Of a stretch of 64,000 bases of DNA, positions 27,838-39,180 are shown one piece after another. The first letter of the stretch is position 1. The number at the start of each line of letters is the position of its first letter. The notes beneath the pieces were generated by a model that was not told where the DNA came from, did no database searches, and saw only the letters and a program-made list of their open reading frames with translations. The translations under genes were made by a program, and so were the position numbers. This DNA comes from Sedimenticola sp. (GTDB lineage: Bacteria; Pseudomonadota; Gammaproteobacteria; Chromatiales; Chromatiaceae). The stretch is from the NCBI GenBank assembly GCA_027068915.1, contig JAMOLT010000041.1, forward strand, positions 977 through 64,976, read 5' to 3'.

Positions 27838-29037
27838 ATGCCCTTACAGATTGGTGATCCTCCGGTAATGCGAAAACCCGGTGGTTTTGCACTGTTTGCT
27901 CTAGGGTTTCGCCCGTTTTTTCTGGCGGCAGGTGTTTCTGCGTTGGCGTTCTTGGGATTGTGGCTGGTTCTATGGCGGGGTGTGGTGCCTGCGGGGGGGT
28001 ACTTTGCTCTGGTGGAGTGGCATGCCCATGAGATGCTGTTTGGGTATACGGCAGCGGTAATTGCAGGTTTTTTGCTGACCGCAGTAAAAAACTGGACTGG
28101 TATGGCGGTGCCGACGGGCAGGTTGCTGGCGGTAATTTTCGGTATATGGTTGCTGGGGCGGCTACTGGTGTTGGTGCCAGGTGTGCCAGGGTGGCTGGTG
28201 GCTGCTGTCGATCTGGCTTTCATTCCTTTGGTGGGCTGGGCGCTCTGGCGCCCTCTGTGGTATGGGAGAAACAAAGCCAACCGCATGTTTTTGCTGATAT
28301 TTGCAGGGATGACTCTGGCCAATCTGCTAATGCATCTGGATGTGGCGGGCGTGGCGCCGGGGCTGTGGTTCCGAGGCGCCTATCTGATGATGGATATGGT
28401 GCTGCTGGTGTTGTTGCTGGTGGCGGGCAGAGTGGTGCCGTTCTTTACCGATAAGGCAGTCATGGGCGCCCGTTCCGTTGTCCGCCCCTGGGTGGAAAAG
28501 GCGGCTTTTGCCAGTATGGTTGCTGTGGCTGCCGCCGAGCTGGCTTTCCCTCTTGGGCCGGCGGCCGGCATTGTATTGTTGGTGGCGGCGCTGATCCAGG
28601 GCATACGCCTGGCTGGCTGGTACAGCAATGGTATCTGGCGAGTGCCGATTCTCTGGGTGCTGCATATAGGTTATGCCTGGCTGGTGCTGGGGTTGGCTTT
28701 GCGTGGCCTGGCCGGATTCGGTCTGCTCCCTTCAGCGATTGCCCTCCATGCCATCACCGTTGGTGGCATTGGTGTGCTGACCCTGGGCATGATGGCGCGG
28801 GTGGCGCTGGGCCATACCGGTCGAAACATCAACGACACCGGCCCCTTGTTGCCGATAGCTTTTGTGCTGCTTAATATCGGTGCCGTACTGCGCGTGTTTG
28901 GCCCCCTGTTTGCAGCAGAGCAATTCAATTTGTGGATCGATATTGCCGGAGGGCTGTGGATGCTCGCATTCGCAGCGTTTGTTCTGGTGTATACGCCCAT
29001 ACTGATCAGGCCCCGGGTTGATGGCCGGCCAGGTTAA
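27838..29037 (+). CDS. nnrS: NnrS heme-copper membrane protein (NO stress)
   Basis: FALGFRPFFL, WHAHEMLFG, FLLTAVKNWTG, GRVVPFFT, ARVALGHTGR; GGAGA RBS. Confidence 0.95.
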   Translation: MPLQIGDPPVMRKPGGFALFALGFRPFFLAAGVSALAFLGLWLVLWRGVVPAGGYFALVEWHAHEMLFGYTAAVIAGFLLTAVKNWTGMAVPTGRLLAVIFGIWLLGRLLVLVPGVPGWLVAAVDLAFIPLVGWALWRPLWYGRNKANRMFLLIFAGMTLANLLMHLDVAGVAPGLWFRGAYLMMDMVLLVLLLVAGRVVPFFTDKAVMGARSVVRPWVEKAAFASMVAVAAAELAFPLGPAAGIVLLVAALIQGIRLAGWYSNGIWRVPILWVLHIGYAWLVLGLALRGLAGFGLLPSAIALHAITVGGIGVLTLGMMARVALGHTGRNINDTGPLLPIAFVLLNIGAVLRVFGPLFAAEQFNLWIDIAGGLWMLAFAAFVLVYTPILIRPRVDGRPG

Positions 29038-29212
29038 TTGTCTCTATTGTGGGAAGAAGATCCCCGCAGATGGCTCCCACTGCCCTGAATGCGGAGCGGT
29101 GTCCCATTTTCAGGAAAAAGGCTATCGTGCCGGCATACGCCGCAAGTTTCTGCTCTGGTTCGTGATTCTGGTGGTTTTTTGTACGGTTATGATTCTGTGG
29201 TTGCCGCGCTGA
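29021..29212 (+). CDS. small Zn-ribbon membrane protein, DnrP-like
   Basis: CLYC..CPEC plus C-terminal TM ending MILWLPR, recalled from Pseudomonas DnrP; overlaps the nnrS end. Confidence 0.65.
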   Translation: MAGQVNCLYCGKKIPADGSHCPECGAVSHFQEKGYRAGIRRKFLLWFVILVVFCTVMILWLPR

Positions 29213-29230
29213 AACCGATCCCGCAGGCTG

Positions 29231-31450
29231 TTATTTGGTCAGGCTCATGAACAGTTTTGGCAGCTTTTCCGGCAGCCGTTCCACCCGGTCGATGACGGTA
29301 TAGTTGTTGCGTCCGAATATATCGGCCACATAGTCGTCAGCATGGGGATCGAGGCTGATGCAGTAGGTGGTGATTCCTTTGCTGTCCAACTCGGTCACTG
29401 CTACATGAGTGTCTTCCTGCAGGTATTTGGGATCCTGTACGTCGATGTCATGAGGTTCGCCATCGGTAAGCACCAGCAGTAGCCGTTTCTCCTCGCGGCG
29501 GTTCTCAAGATAGCGGCCGGCATGGCGCAGGGCCGCGCCCATACGCGTCGAATGACCTGCCTCCATTGCCGCCAGGCGGCCCTTGGATTCATCGCCCCAA
29601 CATTCATTAAACCCCTTGAAGTGGGCGTACCGCACCTCGTGACGGGTATTGGAAGAAAAGCCGGATATGGCGAAGGGGTCACCGAGCGCTTCCACCGCGG
29701 TCGCCAGCAAGGAGACTGCCTCCTGACTCAGCTGCAAAATGGTGGAATCGGCGCCCTGGGGTACTTCATTGATTGATTCTGACAGGTCAAGCAGCAGCAG
29801 CACGGCGATGTCGCGGCCATCCTTGACGTGGCTCTGATGGATGCGGGTATCGGGAGTGGAGCCGATGCGGTAATCGATGGCGGCGCGAATCGCCACATCC
29901 AGGTCCAGTTCATCACCCTCTTCCTGATAGCGTACCCGGCGACGCTGCTGTGGCTTGAGCAGATCGACGATCTGTTTCAGTTGCTTGGCCAGGCGCTTGT
30001 GCTTTTCCAGCAGCCGGTCAATGTGGCTGGCGTCACCCTGGGGCTGAATCGCTTCGTAGACGGTGACCCAGTCGGGGCGATAGTTCTGTACCGACTGATC
30101 CCATTCGTGGTAGTGCTGCGGTGGCAGCAGTTCATCCTCATCGGTTCCCTGGCCCCGGTTGGCTGCGCCGTGGTCGGAGTGAAAGTCATCCTCGTCCTCC
30201 ACATCCTCAAGGAAGACCCACAGGTAGCGGTTGTCGTCGCGATAGCTGACCTCGGTATCTTCGAACCAGACCTTCGGCTTGCGGAAGTCGTGCTCGTGAT
30301 TGTCCTTCAGCCAGTGTACCCCCAGCTCGGTACTGAGTGAGGCATCGAATGGATCCGCCTCGATACGAGCGCGGAACTTTGCCGCGTATTCCAGCAGGCT
30401 TTCGTCGCTGTAATTGTGATCCGGATTTAACAGAGCGTAGGAGAGCATTGCCAGCTTGTGACGAATGCAGGACCAGCCCTCGGGGCAACTCCCCGGTTTG
30501 GGCTTCGGGTGCATCGATAGCCACAGCTTCCGCAACCCGGGATATTGCCGCATCGCCAGATGTTCGACCCGGGCATCCTCGAACACCTCGATACAGATGT
30601 GCTGAAAGGTGCTGAAGTTGTCGGCCAGATAGGGTTCCGACCAGATCTTGTGCGCCATCATGTGGGCGATGGTCGCACGGTAGCGGTCGATGCCGCTGAC
30701 TGGCCCCAGATCCTCATAGACATCCGGCAGATGGATCCCCAGCCGGTCGAGGTGGGGGCGTGGTTTGCGCAGGGAGTCGAATGCCTCCGAGTAGGGACAG
30801 AAATCGGTCTCCAGGTCCCAAAGGGCACGCTCGAACAGGCGCAGCTGCCGCTCATGATCCATGAACAGGGTGCCGTTACGCTCCTTGACCAGCATCGCCT
30901 TGGCGTCGGCGCTCTGCAGGCTGAAATAGTCGGGCAGGCGATGGGGGTGGTCGCGATAAACGCGGATGCCGTAGTTGATCCAGTTCTCCACCCCGGCCAT
31001 GCTGAGCTGGTTGAACAGGTAGGGCGCACGCTCGGCCAGCAGCTGGGTGCCTTCCTTTGCCTCTTTCGCCATCTGTTCTATCAGTCGCAGCCAGCCGCGC
31101 AGCAGTCCGATGCTGCCAAGGCGGCGCGCCACCGCAGGCAGGGTGGCGAGAAAAGGATTGATCGCCTTGCCGGCAGCATATTCGGAAAGCAGTGCACAAG
31201 TGGCAGCCACCTCGGGGATGATCGCCTCGTCGCTGTGGCGCACCACCTCCGGGATTTCATCGAGAAAGATCAGCACCAGCTCGGTACCGCGCCCCAGGCT
31301 GCATACGCGGTCGGCATTTTCCAGCCAGGCGTCTACTCCCTCTGGTGAAAGCAGTTCCCTGGCCTGGAGAAAAGCATCCTCAAAAATATCATCGATTTTG
31401 CGAACGCTGCACTGGAGTCGATCCCGCCACGCTTGAGTTTCCGGATTCAT
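29231..31450 (-). CDS. cbbO: RuBisCO activase adaptor, vWA domain (CbbO/NorD family)
   Basis: MIDAS DLSES, TRMGAALRHA, LTDGEPHD; downstream of cbbM-cbbQ. Confidence 0.93.
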   Translation of the reverse strand: MNPETQAWRDRLQCSVRKIDDIFEDAFLQARELLSPEGVDAWLENADRVCSLGRGTELVLIFLDEIPEVVRHSDEAIIPEVAATCALLSEYAAGKAINPFLATLPAVARRLGSIGLLRGWLRLIEQMAKEAKEGTQLLAERAPYLFNQLSMAGVENWINYGIRVYRDHPHRLPDYFSLQSADAKAMLVKERNGTLFMDHERQLRLFERALWDLETDFCPYSEAFDSLRKPRPHLDRLGIHLPDVYEDLGPVSGIDRYRATIAHMMAHKIWSEPYLADNFSTFQHICIEVFEDARVEHLAMRQYPGLRKLWLSMHPKPKPGSCPEGWSCIRHKLAMLSYALLNPDHNYSDESLLEYAAKFRARIEADPFDASLSTELGVHWLKDNHEHDFRKPKVWFEDTEVSYRDDNRYLWVFLEDVEDEDDFHSDHGAANRGQGTDEDELLPPQHYHEWDQSVQNYRPDWVTVYEAIQPQGDASHIDRLLEKHKRLAKQLKQIVDLLKPQQRRRVRYQEEGDELDLDVAIRAAIDYRIGSTPDTRIHQSHVKDGRDIAVLLLLDLSESINEVPQGADSTILQLSQEAVSLLATAVEALGDPFAISGFSSNTRHEVRYAHFKGFNECWGDESKGRLAAMEAGHSTRMGAALRHAGRYLENRREEKRLLLVLTDGEPHDIDVQDPKYLQEDTHVAVTELDSKGITTYCISLDPHADDYVADIFGRNNYTVIDRVERLPEKLPKLFMSLTK

Positions 31451-31476
31451 GATACAGCTCTTCGGCGCCTGGGGCG

Positions 31477-32280
31477 TCAGGCGAGGATCATCTCGACGGC
31501 GGCATCCAGTGTGGCGCGGATGTCGGGGTCATCGGTAATCGGGCGTACCAGCGCCATTTTGCAGGCCTCTACCGGCCCGATGCCATCATCGATCAGTTGC
31601 GCCGCATAGACCAGCAGCCGGGTGGAGATTCCCTCATCCAGGCCATGGCCCTTGAGGTTGCGGGCGCGGTGGGCGATATCTACCAGATGTTCGGCCAGCG
31701 CAGCATCCACGCCGCCTTCATGGGCAACGATACGTGCTTCTTCGGCCTTGTCCGGGTAATCGAAATCCAGCGCAGTGAAGCGTTGCTTGGTGGACTGTTT
31801 CAAATCTTTCATCAGGCTCTGGTAGCCGGGGTTATAGGAGATCACCAGCTGAAAATCAGGATGTGCCTCCAGCAGTTCACCCTTCTTGTCCAGCGGCAGT
31901 ACGCGGCGGTGATCGGTGAGCGGATGGATTACCACCGTGGTGTCCTGGCGCGCCTCGACCACTTCGTCAAGATAGCAGATGGCGCCAACACGCGCCGCCA
32001 CCGTCAGCGGGCCATCCTGCCAGCGGGTGCCCTTTTCGTCGAGCAGGAAACGCCCCACCAGATCGGCGGCGGTCATGTCCTCGTTACAGGCGACAGTGAT
32101 CAGCGGTTTCTGCAGCTTCCACGCCATATACTCGATGAAACGTGATTTTCCGCAACCGGTCGGTCCTTTGACCATCACTGGCAGGCGGCGGTTATAGGCA
32201 GATTCATAGAGTGTTACCTCGTTGCCGGTAGTCTGGTAGAAAGGTTCCTCTTCGATCAGGTACTGCTGTTTGTCAGTCAT
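31477..32280 (-). CDS. cbbQ: RuBisCO activase AAA+ ATPase (CbbQ/NorQ family)
   Basis: [34 protein letters not shown]. Confidence 0.95.
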   Translation of the reverse strand: MTDKQQYLIEEEPFYQTTGNEVTLYESAYNRRLPVMVKGPTGCGKSRFIEYMAWKLQKPLITVACNEDMTAADLVGRFLLDEKGTRWQDGPLTVAARVGAICYLDEVVEARQDTTVVIHPLTDHRRVLPLDKKGELLEAHPDFQLVISYNPGYQSLMKDLKQSTKQRFTALDFDYPDKAEEARIVAHEGGVDAALAEHLVDIAHRARNLKGHGLDEGISTRLLVYAAQLIDDGIGPVEACKMALVRPITDDPDIRATLDAAVEMILA

Positions 32281-32303
32281 CGCATTGTTCTCGCTTCGGG
32301 TCG

Positions 32304-32480
32304 ATCCTCATTAGCAGGCCATTGAAAAACGCAGTTTTTTGATGGCCTGTGTGCGGTACAAGGATGTACCGCCATTCTCAGTGGCTGTAAGCCATTGAAA
32401 ATGAGGGAACCGGGAAATCGCATTTTCCGGTTCCGTGGTTGAAACAGCCCATGGAGGAACTTTTTCAACATCCTCATTAG
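32304..32480. mobile_element. multi-hairpin MITE between cbbM and cbbQ with flanking direct repeats
   Basis: ends CAGGCCATTGAAAAA / TTTTTCAACATCCT related to the 6375-6408 IR; ATCCTCATTAG at 32304-32314 and 32470-32480; four internal hairpins. Confidence 0.75.
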
Positions 32481-32559
32481 AGAAGAGAGTGAAGCCCACT
32501 CTCTTCTGTGATGAGGACTCCACCCCATGATGGGGTGAAGTCTCATGTAGCCGGGTTGC

Positions 32560-33945
32560 TTACTTGTGCACACCCAGCTTCTCGCGCCAGCCTGGATACA
32601 GGTTGTCGGCATCTTCCTGGAAGGTCTCCAGAGCGCCGCGCAGCTCAGGATGATCCTTGGCGTAGTCAACCAGATCAACACCTTCTTGCCAGGCGTTGAC
32701 GGCCTGCCGCAGGGAAGTGGCGCCAGCAACGATGCCATCCTTGTGGCCAAGAGCGCCGCCGCCGGAGGTCTGAATGACGTTGCAGTGGCCCAGGTTATCA
32801 AAGAAGCCTGGCAGACGCAGGGCATTCATGCCGCCGGAGATAATCGGCGTACAGGACTTCATCTTGCCCCAGTTCTGGTGGAAGTAATCGCCGTCGACAT
32901 CATCATCGACCAGCATCAGGGCGTTGACCTTGTCGCTGGCATAACCTTCCATTTTTCCGTAACCCATGGTGCCAACGTGAATTCCGGAAGCCCCTGACAT
33001 ACGTGCCCACTTCATGTGAGCCAGTGCGGTGTAACCGCGGTTGGACTCTTCTGAAGTGATAGCACCGTGCCCTGCGCGATGATAGTGCAGGAACTGATTG
33101 GGGAAGTAACGGCGTGCCGTTGTAACCATGCCACAACCACCCACATAGCCATCTACCAGGAAGGCAACATTTTCGGCGTGCTCGCCGAAGGTCTCAAGGA
33201 TGTATTCGCCGCGAGCGATCATCTCGAACGGGTCATCAGCGGTGATGTTGGCGGAGAAGATCTTTGCCTCACCGGTCTCATCCATGGCGCGCTTCATTGC
33301 ATCGGCGACCAGCGGAGTGATTTCGCGCATCGGTGCATAGAGCTGGTTGCCCTGGGGTTCGTCGTTCTTGATGAAGTCGCCACCGAGCCAGAACTGATAG
33401 CAGGCGTCAGCGAACGGCTTGGAACGCAGGCCCAGTTTTGGCTTGATGATAGTGCCGACCACCATGCCGCCGTTGTCGAGATCCCGGCCCAGTACCCGCC
33501 ACATATCGACGATATTCATTGATGGACCATCGAACAGGCGCAGGAATTTGGGTGGTACATAGAAATCGAGCAGTTTGGCGTACTCTACATCACCCATGCC
33601 CTGGTTGTTACCCACGATCAAGGTCATCATGGAGACTACCATGGCGCGACCGTCAGTGATGTTGCGGTCGAACAGTGCAATCGGGTAAGCGATCTTCATC
33701 AGTTCCTTGTCCTCATCCACGAAGTAGCAGATGGCGTCAAGGTTCTTGGTGAAATCATCAGTGGTTACCACTTGCACGTTGGTGCCGGTGGAGGACTCGG
33801 CGCAGAAATGGGCTGCAGTACCGATGAAATCAAAGAAACCGGGCTTTGGTCTTATTTTATAGGCGGTCAACACCCAATCGCCGCTGGCGATGAGGTCTTC
33901 CTCTTTGAGATCCAGATTGGCATAACGACTAGTTTGGTCAAGCAT
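32560..33945 (-). CDS. cbbM: ribulose-1,5-bisphosphate carboxylase/oxygenase form II
   Basis: [44 protein letters not shown]; 461 aa; no small subunit. Confidence 0.98.
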   Translation of the reverse strand: MLDQTSRYANLDLKEEDLIASGDWVLTAYKIRPKPGFFDFIGTAAHFCAESSTGTNVQVVTTDDFTKNLDAICYFVDEDKELMKIAYPIALFDRNITDGRAMVVSMMTLIVGNNQGMGDVEYAKLLDFYVPPKFLRLFDGPSMNIVDMWRVLGRDLDNGGMVVGTIIKPKLGLRSKPFADACYQFWLGGDFIKNDEPQGNQLYAPMREITPLVADAMKRAMDETGEAKIFSANITADDPFEMIARGEYILETFGEHAENVAFLVDGYVGGCGMVTTARRYFPNQFLHYHRAGHGAITSEESNRGYTALAHMKWARMSGASGIHVGTMGYGKMEGYASDKVNALMLVDDDVDGDYFHQNWGKMKSCTPIISGGMNALRLPGFFDNLGHCNVIQTSGGGALGHKDGIVAGATSLRQAVNAWQEGVDLVDYAKDHPELRGALETFQEDADNLYPGWREKLGVHK

Positions 33946-34041
33946 GATTTTCTCCTTTACTCCGGGTTATAATTCACTAAGCGGCAGTGGCCGCGTGCGG
34001 GTATTCTCGGGAAAAACTGGTATAAAGGGAAATCAATGCTG

Positions 34042-34058
34042 TCTATTGTTAGTATAGA
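34042..34058. promoter_or_regulatory. LysR (CbbR-type) T-N11-A box upstream of cbbM
   Basis: perfect TCTAT-N7-ATAGA ~100 bp upstream of the cbbM start. Confidence 0.6.
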
Positions 34059-34295
34059 GTAAAATCTATGGTTTTTTTCATGGTTTTTTTTGCTGGCGCA
34101 AATCTGGTTCGCCAAGTCGTGCTGCGCCGCTCGATCCTTGCACTTGATCAGGCGGCATACTGGAGTCACGCCAGTTTTTTCCATCATAATGGGAAATCGT
34201 TTAATGGAAAGCGGAGCCAATTAGATATTTCTGAATTGTGTTGACAATGGCGCCCTTGGTGGAAGGGTTATTGATTGATAACTTGTTGAAAGTAT

Positions 34296-34372
34296 TGGTC
34301 GGAGTGAGAGGATTCGAACCTCCGGCCCCTGCCTCCCGAAGGCAGTGCTCTACCAGGCTGAGCTACACTCCG
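34296..34372 (-). tRNA. tRNA-Pro(CGG)
   Basis: CGGAGTG...CACTCCG-ACCA; anticodon loop TT-CGG-GA; GGTTCGAATCC. Confidence 0.98.
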
Positions 34373-34379
34373 ATTTGCG

Positions 34380-35351
34380 TCAAATCGACCGTTGTACCGA
34401 GAAGTCGGCCAATGCGGCCAGGGCGCTGTTGAATGCAGAAGGGGGTAATGCTTCCAGCGCCTTTTTCGCCAGTTCTGCTTCTTCCCTGGCACGGCGGGCA
34501 GTGTAAGTGATTGCGTCAGTGGATTCAATTGCCGCCATGACTTCATCGGCCATGTCGGCGCCGCCTTTTTCAATCGCAGTTCTCAGCAGTTTTTGCTGTT
34601 TCTTGTTGCCGGTCTGGATGGCGCGGATCAGGGGCAGGGTGGGTTTTCCTTCGGCCAGGTCATCTCCCAGATTCTTGCCGATGTCTTCATCGGAAGAGCC
34701 GTAGTCCAGGGCATCATCGATCATTTGAAAAGCCATGCCCAGATGCAAACCATAATCGGCCAGCGCCTGTTCCTCGCATTCCGGCCGTTCCGCCACGATG
34801 GCGGCCAGCCTTGTGCCCGCTTCGAACAAGGTGGCGGTTTTGCGGGTGATGACTTCCATGTACTGCTCCTCTGTGGTGTCGGGATCATTGCAGTTGAGCA
34901 GCTGCAGCACTTCTCCTTCGGCAATACGGTTGGTGGCGTGGGAGAGCACGTCCATCACGCGCAGGTTCTGGATTTCCACCATCATCTCGAAAGAGCGGGA
35001 GTAGAGAAAATCACCGACCAGGACGCTGGCTGCGTTGCCCCAGACGGCATTGGCGGTTTCGTTGCTGCGGCGCATGTCCGAGCCATCCACCACATCGTCA
35101 TGCAGCAAGGTGGCGGTGTGAATAAATTCAATGATGGCCGCCAGATTGATATGCTGGTTTCCCTGGTAGCCTACTGCAAGGGCGGCAAGCTGGACGATCA
35201 TCGGACGCAAGCGCTTGCCGCCGCTGTTGATAATATAGTGGCCAATTTGATTGATAAGCACGACATCCGACTGGAGGCGATCCAGTATCAGCAGGTCGGT
35301 GGCCCGCATGTCGTCAGCAATGAGTTCGCGAATGGCGGAAAGTTCCATCAA
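34380..35351 (-). CDS. ispB: octaprenyl diphosphate synthase
   Basis: GGKRLRP, LLHDDVVD (FARM), FQMIDDALD, GDDLAEGKPTLP. Confidence 0.95.
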   Translation of the reverse strand: MMELSAIRELIADDMRATDLLILDRLQSDVVLINQIGHYIINSGGKRLRPMIVQLAALAVGYQGNQHINLAAIIEFIHTATLLHDDVVDGSDMRRSNETANAVWGNAASVLVGDFLYSRSFEMMVEIQNLRVMDVLSHATNRIAEGEVLQLLNCNDPDTTEEQYMEVITRKTATLFEAGTRLAAIVAERPECEEQALADYGLHLGMAFQMIDDALDYGSSDEDIGKNLGDDLAEGKPTLPLIRAIQTGNKKQQKLLRTAIEKGGADMADEVMAAIESTDAITYTARRAREEAELAKKALEALPPSAFNSALAALADFSVQRSI

Positions 35352-35541
35352 TACCAGGGAGATCAGGTCAAACAGGAATGTTGATGCTATAGGGAAACGC
35401 CTCTTCTGCCAAGGGTTTGGATAAATATGCCGTTCTGTTTGACCTGGGACGCGAATCTGGTTAAAATCCCGCGTCTTTCTGCTGGCTCTTTGAATTCTTG
35501 CTGGCCGTATTAACAGTTATTTTTACCGGAGACATGCTGAC

Positions 35542-35853
35542 ATGTATGCCGTAATCCAGACCGGGGGAAAGCAGTATCGCGTGAGCGAGGGCATGACCCT
35601 GAAGGTTGAAAAAATCAATGCCGAAGAAGGTTCCAGTGTCGAGCTGGACAAAGTGCTCATGGTTGCCGATGGCGATAACGTGCAGGTTGGCGCGCCTTAC
35701 CTCGATGGCAAGGTGACTGCCACCGTGAAGGCACATGGCAAAGGAAAAAAGGTACATATCATCAAGTTCAAGCGGCGTAAGCACCACCTGAAGCGTCAGG
35801 GGCATCGCCAGCAATATACTGAACTTGAGATCACCGGCATCAACGCAGGTTGA
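35542..35853 (+). CDS. rplU: 50S ribosomal protein L21
   Basis: [14 protein letters not shown]...GHRQQYT. Confidence 0.99.
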   Translation: MYAVIQTGGKQYRVSEGMTLKVEKINAEEGSSVELDKVLMVADGDNVQVGAPYLDGKVTATVKAHGKGKKVHIIKFKRRKHHLKRQGHRQQYTELEITGINAG

Positions 35854-35865
35854 GGAGAAGAAAAC

Positions 35866-36123
35866 ATGGCACATAAGAAAGCAGGCGGTAGTTCCAGAAA
35901 CGGTCGCGATTCAGAATCCAAACGTCTTGGCGTAAAGATCTATGGTGGCCAGGCCATTAGAGCCGGCAGTATCATCATTCGTCAGCGTGGCACCCGGGTA
36001 CATGCCGGCGTTGGCGTTGGTTGCGGCAGGGATCACACGCTGTTTGCCCTGAGTGACGGTGTCGTCAAGTTTGAGAAGAAAGGCCCCAGGATGCGTCAGT
36101 TCGTGAGCGTGGTGCCCGCCTGA
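35866..36123 (+). CDS. rpmA: 50S ribosomal protein L27
   Basis: [24 protein letters not shown]. Confidence 0.99.
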   Translation: MAHKKAGGSSRNGRDSESKRLGVKIYGGQAIRAGSIIIRQRGTRVHAGVGVGCGRDHTLFALSDGVVKFEKKGPRMRQFVSVVPA

Positions 36124-36153
36124 TACTCGTTAAAGAAACGGAATCAAGGCAAG

Positions 36154-36182
36154 AAGCCTCGCCACCTGGCGGGGCTTTTTTT
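36154..36182 (+). terminator. intrinsic terminator after rpmA
   Basis: aagcctcgcca-cc-tggcggggctt followed by a T-run. Confidence 0.85.
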
Positions 36183-36194
36183 GTTTTGCGGTAG

Positions 36195-37273
<1,079 letters not shown>

Positions 37274-37274
<1 letters not shown>

Positions 37275-38398
37275 TGATTAGCAGAGATGGCATCGCTGAA
37301 ACCCGCCGCTGGGTCGTCAAAATCGGCAGCGCCTTGCTTACCGCAGAAGGCCAGGGGCTGGATCGCCAGGCGCTGGGTGGCTGGGTGGATCAAATGGCAG
37401 GCTGGCTGGAACAGGGCAACGAACTGGTGCTGGTTTCCTCCGGCGCGGTGGCGGAAGGCATGTGCCGCATGGGTTGGGACAAGCGCCCCGATACCCTTCA
37501 CGAGTTGCAGGCTGCCGCAGCGATCGGCCAGATGGGGCTGGTGCAGGCATGGGAAAGCTGCTTCCAGCGCCGGGGTTTGCATACCGCCCAGGTGCTGGTG
37601 ACCCACGATGATCTTTCCAATCGCCGCCGCTATCTGAATGCGCGCAGCACCTTGCAGACCCTGCTGGCGCTGGGTGTAGTGCCGGTGGTGAATGAAAACG
37701 ATGTGGTCGCCAATGATGAATTGCGTTTTGGTGACAATGACACTCTTGCTGCGCTGGTGGCCAATCTCATCGAGGCGGATCTTTTGGTATTGCTGACAGA
37801 TCAGGATGGTTTGTTTGACGCCGACCCACGCACTTCAACGGAAGCCAGCCTGATTGAACATGTACGGGTTGATGACCCTCGCCTGGACGCTTTTGCGGGT
37901 GATACGGGCAGCGGTGTTGGCAGTGGTGGCATGCTGACAAAGTTGCGTGCTGCACGACTGGCAGCCCGTTCGGGGGCGGCAACCATCATTGCTTCCGGTA
38001 AGGAAAAAGATGTCCTGCATGGTATTGCCAGGGGAAAGCAACTGGGCACATTACTGGTGCCCTCCCAGGAACCGGATGCTGCACGCAAGCGCTGGTTGGC
38101 TGCGCAGCTACAGGCGCATGGCAAGCTGATGCTCGATGCCGGTGCGGTAAAAATGCTGCGGGAATCCGGCTCCAGTTTGTTGTCTGTGGGCGTGACGGCG
38201 GTGGAAGGCCGTTTTTCCCGGGGGGAGATGGTGGTTTGTGTTGGCCCGGATGGTCGGGAAGTGGTGCGGGGACTGATCAACTACTCAGCAGACGAAGCGC
38301 GGAAAATTGCCGGAAAACCCAGTCATGATTTTGAACGGATACTGGGCTACATGGATGAAAAGGAACTGATCCACCGGGATAACCTGGTTGTCCTGTGA
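37274..38398 (+). CDS. proB: glutamate 5-kinase with PUA domain
   Basis: [31 protein letters not shown]. Confidence 0.97.
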
Positions 38399-39180
38399 CC
38401 TGGCTGCTGGCGTATGCCGCTCTGGGCGCTGTGGCCGGCGTGCTGGCCGGGTTGATGGGCATCGGCGGTGGTCTGGTGATTGTGCCCGGCTTGCTGTTTC
38501 TGTTTCATTTGCAGGGTTTTGAATCCTCTTTTCTCTCCCATATCGCCATTGGAAGCTCCCTGGCGATTATTGTCCCCACTGCGCTTTCTTCGCTGTGGGC
38601 GCACCACAAACGTGGCGCCATCGACTGGTCTGTCGTACTGCGGCTAACGCCAGGGCTGATGTTCGGCGCGCTGTGTGGCGCCTGGTTGGCGTCCCAATTC
38701 AGCACCGACTTGCTCAAGACCCTGTTCGGACTGTTTCTGTTGATGGTAGCTATCCAGATATTTTCAGGGCGCAACCCTGACCATGGAAAGACACGGGGGC
38801 AGGGCGCTGCTGTCTTTTTTCCCGTAGGGGCAGTGATTGGAACAGTCTCGGGACTGGTGGGCATTGGCGGCGGCACCATGACCGTGCCTTTTCTCGTCTG
38901 GCGGGGAAAGACCTTGCCCGGATCCATAGCGACTTCGGCGGCTTGTGGCCTGCCCATCGCCGTTGCCGGAACCCTGGGCTTCATGCTCATGGGAGCGGAT
39001 GTGGGGGCAGGATCATCCACCGGCTTCGTGTATTGGCCTGCGGTTGTAGCCGTTGGGCTGTTTGCTGTGCTCATGGCTCCTGCTGGTGCACGGTTGGCGC
39101 ACAGCCTGCCGATTCCGGTGCTGAAAAAATGGTTTGCCTTGCTGCTGGTGGTGGTAGGGGTGCGCTTGCTGATCAGCTAG
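38395..39180 (+). CDS. sulfite exporter TauE/SafE family membrane protein
   Basis: [13 protein letters not shown] twice-repeated motif, AIGSSLA, ATSAACG; stop codon lies in the MITE end. Confidence 0.88.
   Translation: MTWLLAYAALGAVAGVLAGLMGIGGGLVIVPGLLFLFHLQGFESSFLSHIAIGSSLAIIVPTALSSLWAHHKRGAIDWSVVLRLTPGLMFGALCGAWLASQFSTDLLKTLFGLFLLMVAIQIFSGRNPDHGKTRGQGAAVFFPVGAVIGTVSGLVGIGGGTMTVPFLVWRGKTLPGSIATSAACGLPIAVAGTLGFMLMGADVGAGSSTGFVYWPAVVAVGLFAVLMAPAGARLAHSLPIPVLKKWFALLLVVVGVRLLIS

Noticed and set aside
30171-30182. 12-bp match (tggtcggagtga) to the tRNA-Pro 3' end, a possible attR of a cbb island
   Set aside because: It lies inside the intact cbbO reading frame (FHSDH), is short enough to be chance, and no integrase is present.
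29231-32280. Calling these genes norQ/norD because nnrS and nap are nearby
   Set aside because: They follow cbbM directly on the same strand and no norCB is in the window; CbbQ/CbbO is the better call.
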